A DNA stretch of 64,000 bases, taken from positions 256,001 through 320,000 of the forward strand of contig CBDDEL010000012.1 in the NCBI GenBank assembly GCA_965226885.1. The letters run 5' to 3'. The notes beneath the pieces are model-generated. The model did not search any database. It was not told where the DNA came from and saw nothing but the letters and a program-made list of their open reading frames with translations. Below are positions 53,409 through 62,922 of this stretch, in pieces. The DNA comes from Opitutales bacterium. GTDB taxonomy: Bacteria; Verrucomicrobiota; Verrucomicrobiia; Opitutales; UBA2987. Made by a program: the position numbers and the translations under genes. How positions within the stretch are numbered: position 1 is the stretch's first letter; each line of letters begins with the position of its first letter.

Positions 53409-53718
53409 TAACTATAACAGGCAGTTTTTTCGGAAAGAATTGAGGGGGTCAAGGTTTTCTTGAAGGCTCTATTTAGATTGACTTAAAAGAGGTGGAAAAA
53501 AGTCTTTTCAACCTGACAATGTCTGCTATGATTTTGTAATCTTCGAGCAAATCATTAAAAACAAGGAAATATCATGGCTTTATTAACATCCGGTGCAGCA
53601 GCATCTGCGGGCGGCGGGAGAGCCGGCGGCGCCAAGAAGCTCACTTTCATGGAAGGGCAGAAACTGGCCAAGCAAAGGGCCTATGAAAAACAGGCTAAGA
53701 AGAAAAAAATAGGTTTAG

Positions 53719-55285
53719 CCCGGATATTTCATGAAGGGTAAAGTTTGGCTCGTTATTGCTATTGGAGATGGATTTCTTTGTATTTTGGGCGGATCGTCTT
53801 GATTTTGAGGTGTTTTTCAGGGTGTAGAGACACTTCCCCCTTTCCCCCATTGGTTCGGTAGCGCCGGGGGCAGCGCCAATGCGCCCTTTAGGTTGGCACC
53901 AACCGGCGGGCCGCATGGTTGAAAAGACTGGCCCATGGATAACTTTCACTTAGATGAAAGTGAATCGTTCGGGTGTTGCGCACGATTACCGCTCCGATCT
54001 TGATTAATTTTAGCCGTAGACTGTGGCATTGGAGCCGCGCCCACTTCGTCCCTTTTAATGCGAACCGGCGCAAGGCTTCCATCAAGGTGTAGGCCAGCCC
54101 CGACAAGAGCAATCGCCACTGGTTGGCCCACCATTTATGCGCGCTGGTGCGTTCGCTGAACAATTGCATCTGTTCCTTGATCCGGTTCTCCATCTCACCG
54201 CGGCCACAGTATACTTTGTCGTAAAGCTCTTGGGGATCGCCCTGCAGGTTCGTCACCACGAAGCGCGGGTTGGACCCCTGTGCGGTGTGTTCGGCTTTGT
54301 GGATGATAAGGCGTTGGCGCCGCCACGATTTTGCCCCATACTCGAAGTGCTGAAACAGCCGTTGCTTTTTGCCGCTACCCTCGAACCATTGTTTGGCTTG
54401 CTCCTGCAACTGCCGGGCCGCTTGCTGCAAGCGTGCATGGCGGGCCGTTCCCACTATAAAATAAACCTCGTTGCGCTCGCACCACGAGAGAATCCGATCC
54501 CGGCAGAATCCGCTGTCGGCACGCCAAATAATCCGCGTATGGGGCCAGCTTTGGCGAATCCGTTTAACCAGCAATTTGAGGATGGCCCCGGCATGCTTGC
54601 TCGCATCGATCTTGCTGGGCCGCAGGTAGGCCACCAGAAGCTGATCGCCGCAAAAAACATACAGCGGCAAAAAACAGTAATGATCATAATAACCGTGGAA
54701 AAAACGTCCCTCCTGGAGCCCGTGCACCGGATTGTCGGTGGCGTCAAAGTCCAGGATGATCTCTTCGGGTTCCTCGGCAAAGGATCCCATGAACTGTTCG
54801 ACCAGCAACTCGTTCAGGGCAAAGGCTGCCCGCCGATCCTGCCCGTTTTCAAAACGACACAAAGTCGGCGCGCTGGCCAACGCTTCAGTGCGCCCCGTTA
54901 CCGTTTGCAACAAAGGATCGCGGCGCAGGGTTTCAAAGTCGTTCAAATCCTCATAGCCCGCCACCAGCCCGTAAACGCGCTGCCGGATCATGGCCAGCAT
55001 CTCATGGCGCACTTTGCCCTTCTGCCGTTTGTCTACTAATTGCCGGGCCGCTTGCTCGGTCAAGCCCAACCGCCGATCCACTTCCCGGATCAAAAGCAGC
55101 CCGGCATCCGAAGTAACCTCACCGCCCTTAAAATCAACCCGCACACGGCGGCCTTTTACCCTTGTCAACTGTAGTTCTAATTGTTTACTTTTTGTCATCG
55201 CTGATATTGCTTTAATGTTTAATCTATCCTGCTGTATATCAGCAGATAAGCATATCAGCGATACTTTTTTTATGAAATTTCCGGG
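53719..55285 (-). mobile_element. IS1380-family element, copy 2 (1567 bp, intact)
   Basis: Same TIRs as copy 1; flanks TTAG/CTAA. Confidence 0.95.
53888..55198 (-). CDS. IS1380 transposase (full length, 436 aa)
   Basis: Continuous ORF with DDE motifs. Confidence 0.95.
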   Translation of the reverse strand: MTKSKQLELQLTRVKGRRVRVDFKGGEVTSDAGLLLIREVDRRLGLTEQAARQLVDKRQKGKVRHEMLAMIRQRVYGLVAGYEDLNDFETLRRDPLLQTVTGRTEALASAPTLCRFENGQDRRAAFALNELLVEQFMGSFAEEPEEIILDFDATDNPVHGLQEGRFFHGYYDHYCFLPLYVFCGDQLLVAYLRPSKIDASKHAGAILKLLVKRIRQSWPHTRIIWRADSGFCRDRILSWCERNEVYFIVGTARHARLQQAARQLQEQAKQWFEGSGKKQRLFQHFEYGAKSWRRQRLIIHKAEHTAQGSNPRFVVTNLQGDPQELYDKVYCGRGEMENRIKEQMQLFSERTSAHKWWANQWRLLLSGLAYTLMEALRRFALKGTKWARLQCHSLRLKLIKIGAVIVRNTRTIHFHLSESYPWASLFNHAARRLVPT

Positions 55286-55580
55286 CTAAACCGTTTACAG
55301 GCACCGTGGTGAGGAGCATCCACGAAAGCGCCTTGCACCCTTTGGGGGGATTGTTTTCATGGGCATAGACGGCCCACACTGGCACGCTCTGCCCGCCCCT
55401 GCACGGGTCCTGCAGGAGGACCTGTTTATAGCGGATCTGCAGGCTGGCCCGTCGCTTTGGCTGTCCGGGTTTTCGAGGTACTTGCACCTGTAGGGTTCCC
55501 GCCACCTCCTCCTTCTGCAGGCTCTCCCAGAGCTTTTCCTGCTCTTCTTTGAGAATGCGATTATGGGTCGCGCGCACTAA
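55286..55580 (-). pseudogene. Internal fragment of an IS4-family (Tn5/IS50-like) transposase
   Basis: LVRATHNR...KRRASLQIRY...VYAHE..PP...WMLLTTVPV. Confidence 0.8.
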
Positions 55581-57143
55581 CCCGGATATTTCATGAAGGG
55601 TAAAGTTTGGCTCGTTATTGCTATTGGAGATGGATTTCTTTGTATTTTGAGCAGATCGTCTTGATTTTTAGGTGTTTTTCAGGGTGTAGAGACACTGCCC
55701 CCTTTCCCCCATTGGTTCGGTAGTGCCGGGGGCAGCACCAATGCACCCTTTAGGTTGGCACCAATCGGCGGGCCGCATGGTTGAAAAGACTGGCCCAAGG
55801 ATAACTCTCACTTAGGTGAAAGTGAATCGTTCGGGTGTTGCGCACGATGACCGCTCCGATCTTGATTAATTTGAGCCGCAGGGTGTGGCATTGGGCCCGC
55901 GCCCACTTCGTCCCTTTTAAGGCTAACCGGCGCATGGCTTCCATCAAGGTGTAGGCCAGCGCCGACAAGAGCAATCGCCACTGATTGGCCCACCATTGAT
56001 GGGCGCTGGTGCGCTCGCTGAACAATTGCATCTGTTCCTTGATTCGGTTCTCCATTTCACCGCGGCCACAGTATACCTTGTCGTAAAGCTCCTGGGGATC
56101 GCCCGGCAGGTTCGTCACCACGAAGCGCGGGTTGGACCCCTGTGCGGTGTGTTCGGCTTTATGGATGACCAACCGCAGCCATCGCCACGAATCGGCAGCA
56201 TAGACGAAGTCCTGGAATAACCGTTGTTTTTTACCCCTTAGTTCGAACCATTCTTTGGCCTGCTTTTGCAACTGCTGGGCGTCTTGCTGCAAGCGTGCAT
56301 TGCGAGCCATCCCCACGATGTAACTAACTTCGTTGCGGTCGCACCAAGAGAGTATCCGGTCTCGACAAAATCCACTGTCGGCGCGCCAAATAATCCGCGT
56401 ACGGGGCCAGCTTTGGCGAATCCGTTTAACCAGCAATTTGAGGATGGCCCCGGCATGCTTGCTGGCATCGATCTTGCTCGGCCGCAGGTAGGCCACCAGC
56501 AGCTGATCACCGCAAAAAACATATAGCGGCAGAAAACAGTAATGATCATAATAACCGTGGAAAAAACGTCCCTCCTGGAGCCCGTGCACCGGATTGTCGG
56601 TGGCGTCAAAGTCCAGGATGATCTCTTCGGGTTCCTCGGCAAAGGAGCCCATGAACTGTTCGACCAACAGCTCGTTTACCGCAAAGGCCGCCCGCCGATC
56701 CTGCCCGTTTTCAAAACGACACAAAGTCGGCGCGCTGGCCAACGTTTCAATGCGCCCCGTTACCGTTTGCAACAATGGCTCGTGGCGCAGGGTATCAAAG
56801 TCGTTCAAATCCTCATAGCCCGCCACCAGCCCGTAAACGCGCTGCCGCAGCATCCCCACTCATGGCGTACTTTGCCCTTCTGCCGTTTGTCCACTAACTG
56901 TCGGGCCGCTCGTTCGGTCAAGCCCAACTGCCGATCCACTTCCCGGATCAAAAGCAGTCCGGCATCCGAAGTAACCTCTCCGCCCTTGAAATCAACCCGC
57001 ACACGGCGGCCTTTTACCCTTGTCAACTGTAGCTTTAATTGTTTACCTTTTGTCATCGCTGATATTGCTTTAATTATTGATCTATCCTGCTGTATATCAG
57101 CAGTTAAGCATATCAACGATACTTTTTTTACGAAATATCCGGG
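55581..57143 (-). mobile_element. IS1380-family element, copy 3 (diverged isoform, 1563 bp, frameshifted transposase)
   Basis: Same TIRs; many substitutions versus copy 2; 4 nt shorter near 56855, splitting the ORF. Confidence 0.93.
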
Positions 57144-58341
57144 TTAGCCGACGTCTGTGTTTTCACACAACAACTCTCCTCCATGTTGGTGGCCGGTCTG
57201 CCTTTGGTGCAAGCTTTGGAAGCGCTCCAGGAACAGACCGAACATCCGGTATTTCAAGTTGTCATACGCGAGGTGAAAGCCGATGTGTCGGGCGGCACCG
57301 CCTTTTCCGATGCGGTGCGGAAATTCCCCAACGCTTTCCCCAATTTGTTCATTTCCATGGTCGAGGCTGGTGAGGCCAGCGGCGGCCTGGCATCCATCCT
57401 GGGCAAAGTGGCCACCTATTTCGAGCAGTCCGTAAAATTGACCAAAAAGGTAAAGGGGGCTATGACCTATCCGGTCGGGGTCATCTGTCTGTCGTGTGCC
57501 CTGGTCAATGTTCTGCTCATCATGGTGATTCCGGTGTTTGCGGATATGTTCTCCGGTTTCGGGGCCGAACTGCCAAAACCAACTCAGTTGCTCATCGACG
57601 CCAGTAATTTTTTGAAACCTTGGCCCGGTATCTGGATATGGCCCCCCAACATCCTTCACATCCTCGCTGGACTGTTTATCGGCTTTAAAATGCTCATGAA
57701 ATTTACCAGCACTCCGAGGGGAAGAGTGATCAAGGACCAGGTGTGGAAGAGTGATCAAGGACCAGGTGTTATTCAGGATACCGGTGGTTGGCAACCTGGT
57801 GCAAAAGACATCGGTTTCCAGGTTTTGCCGCACCTACGCCATCCTTTTGCGCAGTGGCGTGCCCATTCTGCGAAGCCTTGAAATCGTTTCCAATGCCAGT
57901 GGAAATACTTATATCGAAGCGGCCGTGGTCAATATCACCAGGCATGTCAGCCAGGGCGGGCAGTTATCGGAAGTTCTGGCCAACGACCCATTCTTCCCGC
58001 CCATGGTTAAGCACATGGCCAAGGCGGGCGAGTCCACCGGGAATGTCGATGGCATGATGGACAAAATCTCCGACTTTTACGATGCTGAAATCGAGACCAT
58101 TGTGGAGGCGCTCACCTCCCTTATGGAACCGATACTCATTTGCGTTCTGGGAGTTATCATCGGCGGCATCGTCATGGCCATGTTTCTGCCGATCTTCCAA
58201 CTATCCTCCGTTGTGGGCTGATTTTCCATTCCGGAAGGAGCTAGGTGGAGATTTGCCCGAACCAGAAGAACATGGACAAAATACAATCTTGGGGAAATTT
58301 CATAACAAGCGGCTCGCTGGTTTAAGAAATAATAACGCTTT

Positions 58342-59910
58342 ATGGCTTCGGTACTAATAGTTGACGACCTCCCGGCCGTGCACGAGATGTTGGAAGCGGT
58401 TATCAACCCTTGCGGGTTTTTAAGCGCCTTCGCCTTGAACGGCCAAGATGCCCTCAAACGTTATCGGGAAGGCAACATCGATGTCGTCCTGGTCGATATC
58501 GCCATGGAGCCGATGGATGGCATAACCGTTCTCAAGGAGCTCCGCTCCATCGACTCCAATGCCATCGTCATCATGATGACGGGCTACTCCTCGACCGATA
58601 CTGCCATGCAAGCCCTAAAATTCGGTGCTTTCGACTATGTGCAGAAGCCGTTTCGACTGGAGGAGCTGGTCAAAACCCTGCACCGCGCCGTCGATGCCCG
58701 CAAGAAGGGCAAGGGAGCCAAGGTTGCGGCCGTCGAGGAACCCCTGAGAGCGGAAAAGGATGTGGTGGGAGCGCTGGCCGGGGAGAGCGAGGCTATAAAT
58801 GCTGTCAACAAGCTAGTGCAAAAGTTGCTGCGGGCTAAAACTCCGATGCTCATCCAAGGGGAAGTCGGCACCGGCAAGCGGAGCCTGGCTGATCTTGTTC
58901 ATCAGAAAGGCCCGGGTGCAAGAGCACCCTTTATCGGCATAGATTGCCGCCTGGCCGACCCGGAAGAATTGCGAAAAGGATTGGCCAATGGAGACGGCAC
59001 GCCCGGATTTTTGATCCAGAAAGCCCAGGGAGGCACCCTCTTTTTCAACAATATCGACAAGCTGGCCAAGGTTCTACAAGTATCGGGGGGTACTTTTCGA
59101 TTGATTTGCGCGACCGAAGTGCAATTTGAGAGCCGTCTCGAAAAGGGCAACATATCGGATGATTTCTTTTTCAAGATCGCCACCCTGCCCATCACAATGC
59201 CGCCCTTGCGCAATCGACGGGAGGATTTGCCCGTACTCGTAAAAGATATTTTGAAAAGAGCGGAAAATCCTTTTTTCGATACATCGCAAATCGAGTTATC
59301 CCGGGATGCCGAATCCATGATGTATTATTACCCGTGGCCGGGAAACTTGATCGAACTGTCCAATGTTCTGACCTCTGTCGTGGTTGTTTCCCATAACCGG
59401 TTGATCAACGCCAATCAATTGCCGCTACGGTTGAAAGACGCCCGCAAATGGCCCAACTTGAAAACCTTCCTGATGGCCCGGGAAGAAGCCTATATTACCG
59501 AATTGCTGCACTTATGCGACAATGACAAGGAGAAGGCGGCCAAGCTTGCCGGGGTGGCCGATCTTTTCGAGTCCGAGTCCGAGTCCGTGGTCAAAGCGCG
59601 CGAAAAAGTGGAGGAAGCCAGCAGCCAAGATGCCTCCACCGGAAAGACCGAATTATCGGCCGACGCCCAGGAAGCCCTGGAAAAACTGAAGGCCGAACTC
59701 GATTCTCAGGAGGAAGCCATCAAGGAAGCCAAAGCCATGTTCATCGAGCGGGAAGAATTTCTCGAAACGAGCGAAAACACTCTTTTTGAAAAAGTGATGG
59801 CCCAGCAAGAGCGGGAAACCGAACTTGAACAATTGTCGGAAGATCTGGACCAGCGGGAGCAAAAACTGAATGAACGAGAAAAAGCGCTCGAGGCCAGCGC
59901 CGGGGGCTGA
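58342..59910 (+). CDS. NtrC/PilR-like response regulator with degenerate sigma54-activator domain and acidic coiled-coil tail
   Basis: REC domain (DD..D..MTG..KP), GEVGTGK Walker A, YPWPGN; no GAFTGA. Confidence 0.85.
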   Translation: MASVLIVDDLPAVHEMLEAVINPCGFLSAFALNGQDALKRYREGNIDVVLVDIAMEPMDGITVLKELRSIDSNAIVIMMTGYSSTDTAMQALKFGAFDYVQKPFRLEELVKTLHRAVDARKKGKGAKVAAVEEPLRAEKDVVGALAGESEAINAVNKLVQKLLRAKTPMLIQGEVGTGKRSLADLVHQKGPGARAPFIGIDCRLADPEELRKGLANGDGTPGFLIQKAQGGTLFFNNIDKLAKVLQVSGGTFRLICATEVQFESRLEKGNISDDFFFKIATLPITMPPLRNRREDLPVLVKDILKRAENPFFDTSQIELSRDAESMMYYYPWPGNLIELSNVLTSVVVVSHNRLINANQLPLRLKDARKWPNLKTFLMAREEAYITELLHLCDNDKEKAAKLAGVADLFESESESVVKAREKVEEASSQDASTGKTELSADAQEALEKLKAELDSQEEAIKEAKAMFIEREEFLETSENTLFEKVMAQQERETELEQLSEDLDQREQKLNEREKALEASAGG

Positions 59911-59953
59911 TCCCAAACTGCGGCTTATCCGAGTTTTTCAGTACCCTGTCAGC

Positions 59954-61443
59954 TTAGCTGAATTTTCCGGCGCCGGCCAGGACGCCCATAGCCACATATA
60001 TCAACCCAACCAGGAGCATAAGTGCGGTCCATAGAAGGCCTCTTCTGTAGGCCTTCGGAATGTGTTTTCCGGCCAGATAGGCATAGGCCATGATGAGGAT
60101 TCCGACCAGGGGAGCATCCAGATTCCGACCAGGGGAGCATCCAGAATACCGGCCGTCAGGACCAGGGTCGTCGGCTCCGGCACCATGGTGTAAACGACCC
60201 AGGAACCACCCATCATGAAGGTGATTAAAATGGTGTTCCAAATGTTTTTGGGAACCTTTGCCGTCATCTTCGGGGCAAACATTTGGAACGGCTGGGTGTA
60301 CATGCGGGCAGCCCCGTCGAAAACGGAGATGGCGGTGCTGATGATGGCCGCCCAGGTGCCCAGATAAAACACTCCCCGGGCCCAGCCGCCCCACACCTCG
60401 GTCATCATAAGACTCAGCTCCATGGTCAGATTCGGGCCGGTCAGATTGACTCCCGCCGGGCGCAATATGCCGACTCCCAAAATAAAAGTGGAGGCGCATA
60501 CCAAACCACCCAGAAGATAAGTTATAAAAATATTGATCCGATTTACCCGCAGCCATCCGCGCATTCGGTTTATTTCCTCCTCCGATTCCGGTTCCATTTC
60601 TTCTCTGGAAGGTGGGAGCCCCTTCTCTCGACGGTATTTATACAAGCCCATATGCCTTTCCTCTGCCCAGGCGCTGTAGCGAACGGTCCCCGAACCTGCC
60701 ATGATGAACCCTGCTAAGGCGACAATCATGAGAAGACCGCCCGAACCGGTTTCGCCAGAAGGTATCCTGGGCACCAATCCCAAGGCCAGGTCGCCCGCAA
60801 TGGTGGGCAGAACGAGGGCGGCGCAAGCTACCAGGCAAACCGTAAAAACGATGGTCAGGACGGTGTTGATCCTTTCCGCCGTACGATAACCGCCGATGGT
60901 GAGAAGGAACCAGACCAGGACAAAATTAAGACCTGTCCAGGCAACGCTTTGGAGGAGTTTTTCGCTCTCAGCATGGTCGCTAGGTTGAAATGAAAGAACC
61001 GCCCAGGATGGAGGCAAAAGCCAGTTCGGCAGGGGCCCAAAAATATTGTAACAAACCAGACCGGCAATGGCCACAATACTTCCGCGCAAAACAAAATCTT
61101 TTACCACGTTGACGGCATACCATACCCATGGAATCCAACTCAGCCGAGGACCCGCACCCAAACAGATTTCGAGAAAGTTCTTTCCCGTCACCAAGGAGAC
61201 GCGGCCAATAGCTTCATTCCAAAAGGCCTTGGAAACCACGGTAAAAATAATCACCCAAAAAAGCACGGCCCCATACCGAGCCCCGGCCACCGGTCCGGTA
61301 AGCAGTTCCCCGCTGCCGATGGCTTCGCCCAGAAGCATCAGCATCGGCCCAATCCAGGCCACAGCTTTAAACGCTTCCCGCGGTACAGCCGCCACCCGTG
61401 CCGCCACCCGTGAAGATGAAAAAGATGTCACGGCCTTCTCCAT
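59954..61443 (-). pseudogene. Nramp-superfamily (YcsG-like) transporter, frameshifted near the 3' end by a 23-nt duplication
   Basis: GP......IGSGEL...P..GARYG; many TMs; removing one copy gives one ORF ending at 59954. Confidence 0.82.
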
Positions 61444-61598
61444 AGCATATTAAACGCTATGGAGAAAAGACATTTTCACATACCATGACAGTAAAGCAAC
61501 GGCCAGTTCGTGCGGAACAATACTGTAGACACGGATCGATTCGCGGGAATGGGTTTTCCCTTGAAATTTCAGATCATAAACCCTTGTAGTTCAGTCTG

Positions 61599-62834
61599 CT
61601 ATTGAACGAGGGGATTTTCCGAGCAGTAAATTTCCGGGTAAGCGGCGTAGAAAGCGGCGCATTTAACGAGGTGTTCGATAGGTACCCGGTCGTTGACGGT
61701 GTGGGCCACTTCTTCTTCAGCGGGACCAAAACCGACGCAGGGTATGCCGAATATCCCGGCTATAGCTACCCCGTTGGTGCTGAATGTCCAGCGGCTAACA
61801 GTGGGCTCCTCGTTGAACAAGCGTCTATAAGTATCGGAGGCGGCCTGCACGTGAGGATCGCTTTGGGGGAAAAGCCAGGTAGGGAAATAGCATTCGGTTT
61901 CGTAAACCAGGCCAGTCCAGCTTGGCTTGGCGTAGTTGTTCAATTTCACCTCGGCCCCCTCCACCCCGGCGAGGGCAATGGCCTGGCGGACTTCCTCCAA
62001 GGCGCTTTCCTTGGTTTCACCCTCGGTCACTCGGCGATCGAGGTGGATATAAGCCTGGTTGGGAACGGCGCACAGGCTGGGGGTTTGGCAATCCACATAG
62101 GAAACGGTGATGGTTCCTTTGCCCAGGAATTCGTTCTTCGTCAGGGTGTCGTTGAGCTTTTCGATTTGGGAGACAATTTTGGCGATTTTGTAAACGGCGT
62201 TATCTCCCTTGTGGGGCATTGACCCGTGGGCCGAACGGCCGTAAACGGTGACCCCGATTTCCATTCTCCCCCGGTGGCCGCGCAGGATTTTGGTGTTGGT
62301 GGAATCGGTCACAACCACGCATTCGGGGCGGATTTTGCCTTCATTGACGATGTATTGCCAACAGAGTCCGTCACAATCCTCCTCCTGCACTGTGAATACT
62401 ACCAGAAGGGTCCATTGATCGTTTTTGAGGCCAAGATCTTTGATGATTTTTCCCGCATAAACCATGGACGGGACGGCGCCTTCCTGGTCTCCCGCTCCGC
62501 GCCCGTAAACGAAACCATCCTCGACTTTTCCCTCGAATGGATCGTGCTGCCACTCGTCGGGATTTCCCACTCCAACGGTGTCGACATGGGCATCGACGGC
62601 GATTAGGCGCGAACCTGTGCCCACTTGCCCGAAAAGGTTGCCCATAGGATCGGTCCAGATTCGGTCGAACGCCCCGGTGTTTTCCATTTCCTGCCGGATG
62701 CGGGCGATCACCTTTTCCTCGTTGGAGCTGGTGGAAGGTATGGCAACCAAATCCCGTAAAAAGGAAACCATCTGTGGTTCGTAATGTTTGGCTTGGGCCG
62801 TAATTTTTTCGTAATTCAGAGTTGTTTCATTCAT
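61599..62834 (-). CDS. ygeY: YgeY-family M20 hydrolase (selenium/molybdenum-hydroxylase-linked)
   Basis: DAHVDTVGVG, GRGAGDQEG, TVQEEDCDGLCWQY, RGHRGRMEI, WTFSTNGV. Confidence 0.85.
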   Translation of the reverse strand: MNETTLNYEKITAQAKHYEPQMVSFLRDLVAIPSTSSNEEKVIARIRQEMENTGAFDRIWTDPMGNLFGQVGTGSRLIAVDAHVDTVGVGNPDEWQHDPFEGKVEDGFVYGRGAGDQEGAVPSMVYAGKIIKDLGLKNDQWTLLVVFTVQEEDCDGLCWQYIVNEGKIRPECVVVTDSTNTKILRGHRGRMEIGVTVYGRSAHGSMPHKGDNAVYKIAKIVSQIEKLNDTLTKNEFLGKGTITVSYVDCQTPSLCAVPNQAYIHLDRRVTEGETKESALEEVRQAIALAGVEGAEVKLNNYAKPSWTGLVYETECYFPTWLFPQSDPHVQAASDTYRRLFNEEPTVSRWTFSTNGVAIAGIFGIPCVGFGPAEEEVAHTVNDRVPIEHLVKCAAFYAAYPEIYCSENPLVQ

Positions 62835-62922
62835 AGTTGTTCTGTCCAGTAAAATTGAGGTTGTGGAAGCTGGCCCGGGCCAGCTTCCATAAAAGCGAAA
62901 ACACGGCTCGAAACCGAGGCTC

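Larger units (their letters stand above)
53574..58221 (+). pseudogene. pilC: Type IV pilus/T2SS F-family protein (PilC/GspF), split by a composite transposon and a 25-nt duplication
   Basis: 5' piece MALLTSG...KKKKIG joins in frame at TTAG to LADVCVFTQQLSSML..AGEASG; second T2SSF domain GESTGN..LMEP. Confidence 0.88.

Noticed and set aside
59569..59587. GAGTCC x3 hexamer run (ESESES)
   Set aside because: In-frame microsatellite in a low-complexity linker, explained by ordinary slippage; not counted with the duplications.
395..61411. Tandem duplications as CRISPR repeats or VNTR loci
   Set aside because: Each unit is unique, occurs only twice with no spacer, and no cas genes are present.
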